Origin: Callorhinchus milii
Taxonomy: Eukaryota
DNA: 64,000 nucleotides
NCBI RefSeq assembly: GCF_018977255.1
Contig: NW_024704742.1
Coordinates: 114,826,001-114,890,000, forward strand
Reading direction: 5' to 3'
How positions within the stretch are numbered: the first letter of the stretch is position 1; every line of letters begins with the position of its first letter. The notes below the pieces were generated by a model, which had not been told where the DNA came from, searched no databases, and saw only the letters and a program-made list of their open reading frames with translations. Below, in pieces: positions 23,523 to 36,621 of the stretch. Both the position numbers and the translations under genes were made by a program.

Positions 23523-25424
23523 TTTCTGAAGGTGAAAAGTCATCACCAGGCTGTTCAGCATCAGAGCCAAATCCAATCCTGGGATCTAATACACAACATT
23601 CACAAATTCTGTTCTACCCTTATCTGTTTGAGTGGAATAAAAAGTTTATTCACATTAGCAAACTTTATTAAGCTTCCCTGCCTTCACAAGCATTCATCAG
23701 ATGAGATATTTAAACTGAGGTTCCATCTGCTTGGCCAGATGCATGTTAAAGATCCCATGGCACTCTTTGAAACGAGAAGTAAGTTTCTCCCAGTGTCCTG
23801 ATTAATTTTGTTTAAAGTGATGTTTACCATGCTGTCGCAATTCAGACCATATTCCAAAGGGGGAAGAGGTGCTATCATGTCAATGTGAACATTCTCAGGG
23901 TCTCAAAGCACACAGCCGCTACCACTGACTGCCAAATTGAAGCCTCCCAAATCCACTTGTGATCGAATGCATTTCTAAAGTGACCTCGATTCCAAGATCC
24001 CCATCCTCCTGATTTCAGGGCGAAAGTTTCTTTTTGAGTAAACCTGCAATTGAGAATTTAGTAAATAGTCAAAGGGAACCATAAATACTGTTCAATCCAC
24101 ACATTTGCATCAGTAAAATCTGGTCTCCTTCCTTGTACACCCATTCTTCATAAAAAAATACTATGGAGCATTTGTTCCTTCACTTTGCACCCATTCTTAC
24201 ATCCTCCAATACTGTTCTCAGGCAGAAATGTATCCAATTATCTTCAAAGTTAATCACCAGAGCACCAAGTACTGTTGTGTGGTTCTACACATCCACTACT
24301 CTCTGGGGGGAAATATCTTTCTTTTAATCTCTAGTCTTGCCTGAAGCTTTTTCGATTTTAAGCTTACGACCTCCAGTTCTGCTCTTATGAACTATGTCAA
24401 ATACCTTACTGTAAACATGTAGCAAGTTTTTGCATTTGATCTTTGTTAGTGCCCTAACTAACCAAACACTGACTCATCCGAGATATCTATTCCTATCCGA
24501 GTGGTAGATTCACTTTTAACTCCAATTGTCGATGAACCTGCTGTTTTTGAAGCAAAGTCCATAAATTCTTTTAAATTGGAATCAGAATATGAAAAGGTAC
24601 AGGGAGGGCAGATAGATAGCTATGTGGACAAGAACACCAGTGCAGATTTAAGGAACTGATTGGCCTGTTTCTGTGCTGTAAGCTTCCTTCTATGAGTCTA
24701 TTCATTTCTATAATGTTATTCTCTGATTTTTGGGGGTCTGACACATGTAATTAAATATCTCAAAGTGCCTTACAAAGATTCAGTGGGCATCCAAGCTAGT
24801 GGTAAATCCAGGAGGTATGAGGGAGATGCCCTAAGGCATGGTCAAAGAGGGAGGTTTTTAGAAGGGTTTAGAAAGTGAAAAGGAAGGGTGCGAGGTGGAG
24901 GGAGAGAGTTCCAGTAGCAGGGGCAAGATGGTGTGGGAGACACACGGTTTAATTTTCTCATTTGAAACACAGGATGTCAAGCCAGATCTCTATGCTTATC
25001 CAAGGAACACGAGAAGTAGCTGCTCTCTAAATATCTTCAGTTAAATGCTACATGCCATTTCTCCCATCTGTGAAACTCTTTTGTAGACTTTTGCTTGAGA
25101 GATGTCCCTTATATGAATTAGTTCAAAGACAATGGTAGCCATTACATATACTCAGCAGAAAATCTGAAAGAGGCTTTTTTTGGTGCTCCAAAACTTTCTA
25201 TGAAATTACTGAACAAACCATGAAACGTTGGTCCTCGCTATAGTTGCCTTAAGTTGCAGATCGAATATGCAAAAGGCAACAGGATCAGAAGGAACGTGCT
25301 CAGGAATACTTCAAGAAAAGTAAGGGGAGCTGTGCGTTGGGAAGTCCTCCTGATGTGAAAGACTCTATACAAATGTAATTTTGTGGTTGTTGTTGACTGA
25401 AATTATTCACAACTTATTAGATGC

Positions 25425-25515
25425 AGGAGTTGAGGAACAGATCAGCCATGGTCTAATAGAATGGTGGAACAGGCTTGAGGACTGAATGGCCTACACCTGT
25501 TCCCATGTTCCTATG
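25425..25515 (+). mobile_element. CR1 3' UTR fragment, followed by very decayed CR1-like sequence to about 26280
   Basis: ggagttgaggaacagatcagccatggtctaatagaatgg...gaatggcctac..cctgttcccatgttcctatg. Confidence 0.65.
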
Positions 25516-27552
25516 CAGGGACATCATCAGAAATGGGAAAGTATCTGATTTTGTAAAAGGAAGATCAGAAGCAGAACATTGGGAATTATACATCATCATA
25601 GCTATAACTCATCAGAATCTATTACAAAAGCAGTGATTTCAAGCCAACATTTGCTAACATAATGTCTCACAAGTTTAGTCAAATTCTTCAGAATGTATCA
25701 TACTGGGTGGATGTTTTACATCTCATCTTTCCTAAAGCATTTACAACACCTTATAAAGAATCCATTGCTAAATTGAGAAGTGATGTTTATTAACAATGCA
25801 TTTGTTAATAGATTGGCTAAATAATTGGGACAGTTCTAAGTTGCAGAGTACTACAGAGTTCAAGTCTTGAGATTCTGTTGATCATCATAATTATAAACAC
25901 GTTCATGAAGCTATTAAATTAGAATGTTCAAATCTACAAATTATGCTAAATTGTGCAAGGACCAAGATGATTACAAGCAAGGCATGAAATTTAAGTTGTA
26001 TAGCCAGGAAGCAGATGAATTGCAAAAATGCAACAGTGAAAACGTTAGGGCCATGCATTAAAAACTGAAAACATGGTACAAGGCAAAGGTTATATTGTTA
26101 CACAGGGCAAGTTAGGGAAACGTTCATGGTATAAGTGTAAAAAGAGTCATTATAATGCAGGCAGCAGTGGCAAACAAAATGCTGCAGTGGATATAAATAG
26201 ACCCACTGAGCAAGTCTAAGGCAAGAACATTTTAACAGTTATTGGAGTAAAACCCTTAATTGGTCTTCATTTATGAGGACAGGATTCAGAGCAGCTTTAT
26301 TTTTCCATGTAAATTCTGTAGGTTCTAAGGCTTTTAACACCAGTGCTTATATATGCCTAGTTGATTTTGACATTAACAAGTTATAGACTACTGTCAAAAA
26401 GAAACATCGTTTCAGAATAGGAAACTTCTTCCTTTAAGTGAAAGTGTTGATTCTTTCAAGAACAAATTAGATAGATTTCTGTGAGAAAATAATATCTCAG
26501 GACACCATATAAAGTTTGGGTCACGACTGCCAGGATGGTGGAAGACAAACTGGATGGATCTTGGTCTTCTTTTGCCTAGCAACGTTCTTCATTTTCACCC
26601 AAGGCTGCTTTCAGCCAAAAAATATCTATCTTGTGGAATGTCTGTGAAGCAAAAAGCAGCTCCTCTTTCTTTCAATCTACTACAGAGTCTCTTCTCCCAC
26701 TCATCCCTTAAGAAACCTTTGCAGTTTACAGAGTAATATCGCAGAACCAAGTTAGCATTCATATAAAATTTAAATGAAATGATCATAACTTTCACTCATT
26801 CAATTACACTTGACTATAACTGAGCCCAAACTTTTATCGGCTCATTTCGAAAGATAAGGACCAAAAGGTGTCGTCAATAAAGGTTGTCAAACACCCTTTA
26901 TCCCAGCCCCATTGTGCATATCACTGTTTGCAATTATGCCATGCTGTACAATTTTAATTTAACATAATATGACTTGTAAAAATAGAAATGCGTTGCCAGG
27001 ATACACTCCATGAAAAGCCCTTGCAGCGATGAACCAACATTGACATGAGACATAACTCTGAATGTTGATCAGTCAGCATCCCCACAGTAACGGTTTGAAG
27101 CTGTCAGAAATATTTATTCAGCAAGTAAATGGGTATTAGTGTTACTGATAGACAACTACCAATTTCATCAAATTAAGGTTCGCATGAAATTAGTTTTAAA
27201 TGTTTTTGGTAGGAATATGGGATACAGTACACAGGTAGTTTGGGATTTGTAAGTTATCACCTACCTATATAATACATATATAGGTAAAAATGGTTTTGGT
27301 AGGAATATGGGATATAGTACATAGGTAGTTCAGGAGTTATGTGCATGTGACCACCACGAAGGTGAAAGGCGAACTACATGGACCTTAGTCTTTTTTAATC
27401 TAGCATTTCTTATGTTTTTATGGTAGATGCTCATAGTGGCGGGTGAAATCCTATCAGGTTTCATTATTCAGCAGAAAAGTCTCCTGAGTAAAATATTCTG
27501 ATTAAAAATGGGTTGGAGATTATGATGAATGATGATGAACTCTTGTGCGTGT

Positions 27553-27960
27553 CAACCTAGCTCAGTAGGTAGCAATCTCTCCTGAGTCAGAAGGTTGCGG
27601 GTTTAAGCCTTACTTCGGAACATTGACCTCATATTGATCAGGCTGACAATACCGTGCTGGGGGAACACTGCATTGTCAGAAGTGCCGTCCTTCAGATGAG
27701 CCATTAAACCTGTGTGCCTGTTGAAGTGGATGTTAAAGTTCCCATGAAACTACTCAAAACAAGAAGGGAGTTTTCCCCATTGTTCTGGCTAATAATTGGC
27801 CAATTAAAAATTGGTCATTCACTTCATGGCTGTTTGTGGATCAGTGCTGTGCTCAAATTGCCCGCCGAGTACACACTTTACAGTATATCCTGCAAAGCAC
27901 TTTGAGACATCCTCCCAATGTGAAAAGCGCTATATCAAATACAAGGATTATTTATTATTT
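27553..27960 (+). mobile_element. Near full-length Deu-domain SINE (SacSINE1-like)
   Basis: tRNA-like head (tagctcagtaggtagc..ctgagtcagaaggttgcgggtttaagcc), Deu-like core (gtgccgtccttcagatgag..ttaaacc..gtggatgttaaagttcccatg..ggctgtttgtgg) and an L2-type tail. Confidence 0.85.
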
Positions 27961-28563
27961 TTTATAAACACAGATGAGCCTTGCTAGAGCACCCTTTGAT
28001 AGAGCACTTTACAAGTTGACTGTTGACCTGTGCGGCTTCTAGTACCGACCAGCCAGCTTCCCAGGTTAAAATATTGCCGAATTCAGGGGCGTCAGGTTGC
28101 CTCTGACGTTACTTCCTGTAATGAACCATGTTATTTCATACAGAAATGGTGATTGTGATTCCAGGGCCATTCTATTCTTTTTTGAAAGAGGCATCACTTC
28201 AGCTAATACCACTTCCGGTGATGCAGAAAGCACTGCCCAGTATACAGCTCATCTATAGGGGGAAAGTGTTCAAAACATGTAAAAATAGCAAACTTAAATA
28301 GGATTATCTCTAAACTTTCTCAAAAAGATTATTTGTGATAAATTATAGCACTTTATCACACTGAAGCAATTCAAAGGTAATTACTGTCAAGTGTAATCAC
28401 TATATTTGTAGTCAAATACAGCACCAGCCAAGAAGATATAATGTAATTTTACATTTATGTAATGGCATTCAAGTTGACATCATCAATATTATATGATAAT
28501 TATCATATTAATATGAACGATAATGTGTCCAGAATATTGACCTGCAGGCAGGTGATGTAGATA

Positions 28564-29497
28564 TTTCCACATATATTCAGATGACACACAACTCTATCTC
28601 TCTGCCTCCACCTTCGACTCCAGGACCACTGCTGTCCTGACAGAATGTCTGTCAGATATCAAGTTCTGGATGAGAGCAAACTTTCTACAGTTGAACGTCA
28701 ACAAGACCGAGGCTCTGCTGATTGGCTCCCGTCAGCACCTCCACACCTCAGGCGCTGACAGTATCACCATTGAAGGATGCACACTCCATCTCCGGAACCT
28801 TGGCATCTTATTTGACCCTCAACTATCCTTTCTACCCCACATCCGTGCCATGTCCCACTCTGCTTTTCCCCACCTCCGCAACATCGCCCCGCTCTGCCAC
28901 TATCTCACACCGCAGGCCGCTGAGACCCTCATACACATATTCATAACATCCAGGCTCAACTAAGCAAACTCCCTGCTTGTCGCACCCCAACTCTTCCCCC
29001 CATAGGTTGCAGATCATCCAGAACTCTGCAGCCCGTGTCCTTTCCTGCACCAGGCTCCGTGGCCCTATCATCCCCATCCTCGCCTGACTTCACTGGCTTC
29101 CCATCACACAGAGGATACAGTTCAAAATCCTGGTCCTCAAGTTCAAAACCCTCCAAGGCCTTGCTCCACCCTACCTCTGTGACCTTCTAAACCCCTACCA
29201 ATCTGCCCGCTCCCTCCGCTCAGCGGGCTCCGGCCTGCTTCACGTCCCCCGCCTTGCCCATACCACCATTGGTGGGCAGGCCTTCTGCCTCCACCCTCTG
29301 GAACTCCATCCCGCAGTCCCTCTGCCTCGCCCCCTCCCTTGCCTCCTTCAACACCCGTCTCAAGACCCTCCTTCGGTCACCCTGCTTCCCCCACTGCTCT
29401 CCACCCTCCCCAATCCAGCTCAGGTCTGAAACAGTGATTGCCCAGCGCCTTGGGATGTCCTCCCTACGTGAAAGGCGCTATACAAATGTTGTTGTTG
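28564..29497 (+). mobile_element. L2 LINE 3' fragment including the RT YxDD relic
   Basis: FHIYSDDTQLYLS, WMRANFLQLNVNKTE, RNLGILFD, LHWLPI and the tail. Confidence 0.93.
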
Positions 29498-30221
29498 AAA
29501 CAAAATGAATGATCCAAACTATGCCACAACCAACTCATATCAAAGTATAGGGATGGTGGAGGGAGGGATGGACTAGCAACAAAGAGAGATATCAGAAGAG
29601 AGTTGTAGGGTAGTAATGGAGAGATATTAACTCATGTTTTGACTTCTCTCCCTCACCCACAGAAAATATACTAACTGGAAACTTTCTGCTGTAGCAATCA
29701 GCTAAATGGATTATTTAAAACATGCCGAAACAGAATTGTGCAGATCAGTCTCTTGAATCTAATACAACATCAGATATTCAAAGCTAGAAGGCAAAGTCTC
29801 ACCCAAACAAAGAAAGTCTTTACTCAAATGCAAACAGTGAGGACGTTATATCCAGCAAGAAAACCTGGCTAATCCAAACTGATCAATGAAAACAAAGTTA
29901 TTTTTAAATACAAATGGAAACTTGGCATTCAGGCAAGTGGCCACCTTGTTATTGAGCTGGAGGAAGAAACAGAAATTACAGGGGCTCATGTTTGGCTTTG
30001 AATCACTGAGAACCTGTTTGCTTATTTCTAGCATCTACAGCTGATATTTTAACAGAAGCTCAATTTTACTGACTTTTAGTTCAATGTTAACACCTATCTA
30101 GTAAAATGCAAATTAATCATGTGGAGGTTTAGCCAGGCTTATCTGAGCACACTCAGAATGCAGACTTGTTCACAACTGTAAAGCTGTTTATGAATACGTT
30201 CTTGACTTGCAAAACACTTAC

Positions 30222-30408
30222 ATCTTTAATAAAATGTTCCAGCGTGGCATAGGCGATGGCAATACCATCGTGTGTGCTGGTCCCTCTCCCCAGCTCATCC
30301 AAGATGACGAGTGATCGAGACGTGGCCTTCTTAATAATCGCAGCTGCCTCTGTAAGCTCTTCCATGAACGTGCTTCGCCCTTCGTAGATGTTGTCAGACG
30401 CTCCCATT
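30222..30408 (-). CDS. MSH3: MSH3 internal coding exon (ATPase domain, Walker B region; probably equivalent to human exon 21), 187 bp
   Basis: Translates as (R)[62 protein letters not shown], with the MutS motifs STFM and DELGRGTST in an MSH3-type context. Acceptor ttgcag|A at 30408 and donor GAT|gtaagt at 30222. Phase 0 joins the next exon in frame. Confidence 0.97.
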
Positions 30409-30529
30409 CTGCAATGGGAAGGGATAAAATATCTGACCACTGAGCAACCACCACTTCATGAAGAACGACTCTAAAATTCCTAGCAGCTGTATTGCTGAAT
30501 GTGCCACTGGGCCTTTCTGGATTTTTTGG

Positions 30530-30790
30530 GTCAGCCAGGTGTCCGACGTGCGGAAACCCATCACCATGCTTAAGAGTATCCAAACCAAACTGAGATTTTC
30601 ATGCATCCCACCTACACATAGAAATCCCAGAGATAGATTGTTGGAATGGAATGCGAACTCTCCCTGGAGGGACACACCCTGCTTACCTAATTCCGGAAAG
30701 TATTAGGCACAGGTTGGCAAGAGCCAAGGCTTGGGGACCTCAGAGTATGTGTTGGGATAACTGCTGGAGTCTAACCAGCTAAAACCGCAG
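30530..30790 (+). repeat. Best-preserved copy of the unclassified ~250-bp repeat
   Basis: gtcagccaggtgtccgacgtgcggaaacccatcaccatgcttaagagtatcc...cctaattccggaaagtattagg...tctaaccagctaaaacc. Confidence 0.85.
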
Positions 30791-30919
30791 AGCTTGCCAT
30801 TAATGGCCTTTTTGCATTGTCAACATGACTAGAATCTGCTGTCAGATCCTGTACAGCAGGGCTAACAAACATAGGTTACTACATCCTTCAAACCACTAGC
30901 AAAACCCACCCCATTATAG

Positions 30920-31280
30920 GGCTCACTCCACATGGTCTTGCTCTTCCCTACCTCTATGACCTGCTAACCCCTTATGAACCTCCCTCCACTCAGCAGGCTC
31001 CAGCCTGCTCCATGTCCCTCCACTAGACCCGCTCCACCATCGGCGGTCGGGCCTTCAGTCTCTCTCCATCCCACAGTCCTTCATCTCGATCCCTCCCTTG
31101 CTGCCTTCAAGGCACATCTCAAGACCCTCCTCTTTGACTGTGCCTACAGCCATCCTCCCTGCCATCCACCCTCCCCAATCCAAACTCATCCCTGCTCAGG
31201 TTCAAATCCCTGACTGTACAGCACCTTAGGACGTCCTCCCGAAGTGAAAGGCGCTATTCAAATGTAATTTTGTATTGTAT
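30920..31280 (+). mobile_element. L2 3' fragment
   Basis: catggtcttgctcttccctacctc..accatcggcggtcgggccttc..AFKAHLKTLLF, with tail ggacgtcctcccgaagtgaaaggcgc. Confidence 0.85.
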
Positions 31281-32404
31281 CCAACATGAAAGGCACTACA
31301 TAAATGTAAATTGTATTCACAGATATCAAGGAGTATCATTGCTAAACGGAATAATAATAATAATCCTTGCATATGATATAGCACCTTATCATGTCGTTGA
31401 GACGTCTCAAAGCAGTTCTCAGGATATATTGTAAAGTGAATTCACTGTATACTTTGTGGGCGAAATACCAAAGGAGATTAATGCAATTTGAAAAACCACA
31501 AATGTGGAGGCAAAATGCCATGGTGCAGGGAGACCAAGGCGAGAAATGTAGTATTAAGGACAAGTATCTAAATGTAATTAATGCAGTCTGAAAGGAAACC
31601 ATGTCCTTTGTGCCAATAGTTTTCTAACTCAAGTGACAGAGACAAATACTTTGTGAAATTGCAATGTAAAGAGGCTGATGGTAGCCTGACAAAACTTTCC
31701 ATTTACTGAACATCTCCTGCCACCAAAGCCTCAGATGGATTGTACTTCAAATGGCTCTGTCAAACCCAATTTTAATGAATCTGTAGTTAAAATCTGCTAA
31801 ATGCAGGTTGACTAAAGGCAGCATTAAGGTAGTCAGGGATCTGGGATTGGATAAATAGATTCTCATACATGCCGGAAGGCTTGTTAAAATGTCATTAGCA
31901 GTTCTATTCAGGAAGCCAAAGAGATGCATCTTCTTGGGCTTTGTTATAATGGATTTTTTTAAAAATACATAGCAGCGAACCTGTATAGGGTTAGTGAAGA
32001 GCTAGATCTCATCTGACCAACCTCAGACTTCGTTTTTGAGAAAATTATATCCTCATTTGACTGTGGGAAGCCATGTGACACTCTGAGACTCTACCCTGTG
32101 TAAGGGCGCTATATAAATGCAAGTTGTTGTTTATGTAGTGTAACTGGATTATCAAAAGGCCTTTGACATAGTATATCAAAGACTCCTTTACAAACTGATA
32201 TTACTGTTTATCAAGGGTGAGAAAGGGGAGGTATTGAATTGGATGTCTATGTTGGAATTCTCCCCTTTTTCTAACATACATGATAAAGCCTGGGGAGAGG
32301 GGAATGAATGATAGAACTTGCCAAGAGTGAAAGTTAAAAGAGACCTTGAAAGAGTGTTAGTTGACTCACTCACACTGTCCAAAAATAAACAAGAAAAACT
32401 ATAT

Positions 32405-32610
32405 TATAATAATAATAATCCTTGCATTTAATATAGAGCTTTTCACTCTTCTACACGTCTCAAAGCGCTTCACAGAATATGCTGTAAAGTGAATTGACTG
32501 TATATTTGTGGGCAAAATGCGGCAGCCAATTGTGCACAGCAGTGTCCCACAAACAGTCGTGGATTGAAAATGACTAATTTATTATTGTTTTGGAGGGATT
32601 ATTATTTTCA
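32405..32610 (-). mobile_element. 5'-truncated tRNA/CORE-type SINE
   Basis: Reverse complement of the SINE 3' two-thirds. Confidence 0.85.
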
Positions 32611-33589
32611 AATATATTCTCAAATATAGTTAAATTCAGTTCCGCAGAAGTAATACTGAAGCTGTATTTTGGCACAGGTCACTTTGCTGGTATTTGTCAT
32701 TTTCTTGCAGGAAAGGCATTTCTACATCTTAAGTTTACTGTGACACATAAAATTACATCTCAATTTCCTCCTCTCCCGAAATCAGTGAATCGTGCTGGGA
32801 TGTGATTCTACAAAAGCCAGTAGCTCTCTGATATCGCATGCCAAGCCTTATCACATCAAAACATCTCAAAACAGTAAGTTACTTTTATAGTGCAGTGACA
32901 GTTATGAGGGCAAACACCTCACAAACAGCAATGGGAAATCAATAACCAATTTATCCAGAATTGCTTAGTGACAGTGCTCACTGTATCAATCAAGAGCTTT
33001 ACAATATCCATTCTATGTGAACACAAATTGTAAAGCTTCAACAGAGTCATCAGTTTGTCTGAAGTCTGGACTGAAATCTATACACACGTACACACACCTA
33101 AAGTTTTCATAGTATCTGGGTATTTACTTCATAAATAAAGCAGGGGTGCTGAAAATGCTATGGAATGGTATGATGCATAGTTTTTATGAATATTAAAATA
33201 TTAAAATTAATTTATTGAAAGAAATTAACATTTATAACATTGATGAAAACTGATGTGAAGTGGTAAGTGGACAATCTTCATTTGAGGTCAGGGTGTTACA
33301 GTCACAGAGTTAAATGCACTAAATGAGTTCTAGTACAGCCACATTATGAAGCAAGCAGATGAGAGCAAGTCACTGATTAAGCCTGATGAAGATGTAATAA
33401 AATGAACATTTTCACCGTAGTAGTGACTGCCACTAAACCGAGCTGCTGAGAGAGGGGAGCACGGAAAATCAAGATAAAATGTGGATAGTTTAGTATTATT
33501 TGATTTTAAAAAGCAACAAGAAAGATGAAAATACTGAATCCCTAAATTATTCCATTCTACAATTGACGAGTTGGATAAAGTGTCTCAAG

Positions 33590-33918
33590 ATGTTAGCTCA
33601 TGGTCTAATTGTCCAATGCAGTACTGGGGAAGTGCTGCATTGTTATAGCTGCCATCTTTTGGACAAGATTTTAAACCATGGTCCCATCTGCCTGATAAGG
33701 GGAATATTAATGATCCCGTGCAATATTCAAAATGAAAAGGGAGTTTCCTGGTGTCCTGGCCAACTATCTCCAAAATAAAATTGGTCATTCACTTCATGGC
33801 TGTTTGTGGGACTTTGCTACAAAATACAGTCACTCCACCTTACAGTAAAAAAAATCTTGCGTAGCATTTTGAGATGTCGTTCCAATGTGATAAAGCATTA
33901 TATCAAATGCAAGATTCA
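33590..33918 (+). mobile_element. Deu-domain SINE remnant
   Basis: gtgctgcattgt..gctgccatcttttggacaagattttaaacc..ggagtttcctggtgtcctggccaac..ggctgtttgtgggac, plus the tail. Confidence 0.75.
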
Positions 33919-36246
33919 TCAAATCAATCAATCAAAAGCTGCATCATCAGCAGGAAACAACCCCTTCCCCCACTGTACATTACCTCGATTCAAGAGACCT
34001 CAGAGGGGAAAAATAAGCCCTTGAGAGAGTGAATGACTTTTTGCAGCAGCTATTAGTGTCGTGGAACTTTTCCAAGTGCTGCTTTTATTTCATTTTAAAT
34101 GTACAGACCCCTTAGTCTTATCCAATGAGCCGACCTACGCAAGATGGATTGCTCAAGAACCAGCTAGCATGGGCTGAAGCCCTGCCACTAAAGCCCTTCA
34201 TAAACAGAGGATTTAATAATATTCAGCAGCAGCATTACAGGAGATAGCCTACGTATTCCATTCAAAATTGTTCTAGAAGCATCCAGCTGTAGGTTAAGTA
34301 TTTGTATTTGTAGCCTGCCACAGCACACATCGAAAGCTGGTACAACAAAACCCTGGTCAGTACTTGCAGGTTGCTGTGTGGGTGATAACAACCTCAACTT
34401 GTATTTATGTAGCACCACCTTTCACATAAAATAATGACTCAGAGATTATCAGAGGGTGGGGGGTGGTGATGGGAGGGGTGGAAGAGAGAAAGAGAAAACA
34501 AATGCAAGAAGACTTGAATAGGAAGTGTCAAACTTTCTTTATTTGTTCTTTACTAGATGTACCCAATTTAAAAGAGCTTTAATTTATTAACTATCAGCCC
34601 AAATCAAATGGTCTGCCATCATTATTCTGCTGGGAAACTGATTCATATTATAAATGTGCCTAATAAAAGCTGGATGTGCTCTGATCAGTCTATATTCTAA
34701 GCAATTTAGCACTGCTTTTTTTTGCAATTGTAGGTGAACAGGTGTTTATCTCGATTGGCTCATGCATGGAAGAACTCACACTCTTCAGGGTTGGAAGGAG
34801 CAAAGGAGGAGGATCACAGAAAGAGAGGATTATGGTGATAATAAGGGGAACAAAATATGTGCGGAAGCAAAGTGAAGAGGGAGTACTGCAAATACCATGT
34901 AGAGGGAGGAGAGGTCACTGGATTCAGGGGGAAGAAAAATTATTCAGAAATGCTTCAGGCAGATTCTCTTTTAAACAGAATTGAAGAAAAACATAATTTT
35001 AGGGAACAGGAGGAGGCGATTCAGGCCATCGAGTCTATTTCCACCAGTGCATTAGATTTTGGCAGATCTTTTAATCCCAAAGCAATACCTCTACTACCCA
35101 GTACATGTTCCTCAAAATAGTTTCATTGGCTGAAAGTTGAACATCTACTTTTCTAACTCACGTTTCTGGTAAGCAACAAAAAAAGTCACATTGCTCACAT
35201 GCGTGTTTTATTTTTTCAATATAAATATCCGATTACAAACTATAGCATCCATAAATAAAAGATTCATATTTTGACTTGAGTCACAAATGCTTGAAATTGT
35301 TGTACAAGAATGAAGCTAATCCACATTCTGAATCTTGCTCTTTTAGTTAAAGGGATTGTTTCAACTCGCTTGGCACGAATGTCAGAGACAAACACAATTG
35401 GCTATTACAAGTGATTACAATCCACTGCTAATGATTATTGAAATAGCCAAACACTCTGGATCTCAGTTGAGACAAACCTATATTTACATAAACCTCTAGA
35501 CGGATTAGAACAAAGCACAATGTGGATTAAATCAAACTGAGACATAGGTTCCTCTGACTGTCCTGTAGAACAATGTATTCATGTGTGGAAAGATATCCTT
35601 TTAGGAAGTGGTTAGTGGCCAATGCTCCTATGAACGTAGAACCAGAAAAGACCATTGTAATCCATCTGACTAAATGTTGTAAACAAAATTGCAATAAATA
35701 ATCCTACTTTTACTCCATCTCCCATCTCAATCAATTTCTTTGCCAAATAGCTAACCAATTTTCTCTTGTGTTTGCTAACACCATTTGTATCCACCACCTT
35801 GCTGTGTTATCTATGCCACAAATTAATTGCATATTCTGTGCAAAGTAATTAAACCTGTTCACCTTCCCTCATCTGACTGGGAAAAGTGAAAAGGGACTTG
35901 ATTAAAGCAGGAGAAATCATACAATGTTTAATAATCCTCCAAATAGCAAAACCTAAATTTGTTTCAGTGGAGTAAATCACCAAGTTCAGAAACAGGTTTA
36001 TGCCCAAGAAATGACAAAAAAAAACTTCAAACAACCATGATCATGTGGTTGCAGAAGAAAGGTGGACTCTCGAGTTCTTAATCCTCTGAAGAATGCAACC
36101 TTCGGGTTTTCTGTCACTCAACAGCTGCAAACAAGAAACCTGTCATTTTACAAGACACATGCCTTAAGGAGCAGAGCAACATTTCTCCATTAACAATCAG
36201 GAAACAAGAGTGACCAACCACACATGTTCCCATTAATGTGTGGTAA

Positions 36247-36621
36247 GGAGTCCTGTAGCTTAGTGGTTAGAGCACTCGCCTCGCAAGCAAGAAGACCTTG
36301 GTCCAATTCCTGGGTAGAGCGAAACATTGAGCAAATTTTCTTATTCCACAAGCCTGTTTGCCCAGCAGTAAGTAGGAACCCGGTTTTTAGTCAATTGGCG
36401 GATCACTTTTCCGATGTTAATACTCCCATCAAAAAAAAAATAATTTGGTCACTTCAATCCACGACTGTTTGTGGGACACTGCTGTGCGCAATTGGCTGTC
36501 GCATTTCGCCCACAAAATATACAGTAAATTAACTTTACAGTATATTCTGTGAAACACTTTGAGACGTCTCGAAGATGTGATAAGGCGCTATATCAAATGC
36601 GAGAATTATTACTATTATTAT
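36247..36621 (+). mobile_element. Full-length tRNA-headed SINE, long variant
   Basis: Head, extra segment cctgtttgcccagcagtaagtaggaacccggtttttagtcaattggcggatc, and the common 3' part. Confidence 0.9.

Noticed and set aside
27202..27335. Direct repeat of about 42 bp
   Set aside because: Local duplication inside an old CR1-type 3' UTR remnant, with no further structure.
28491..28508. 18-bp AT-rich palindrome atatgataattatcatat
   Set aside because: Short and AT-rich, with no associated feature.
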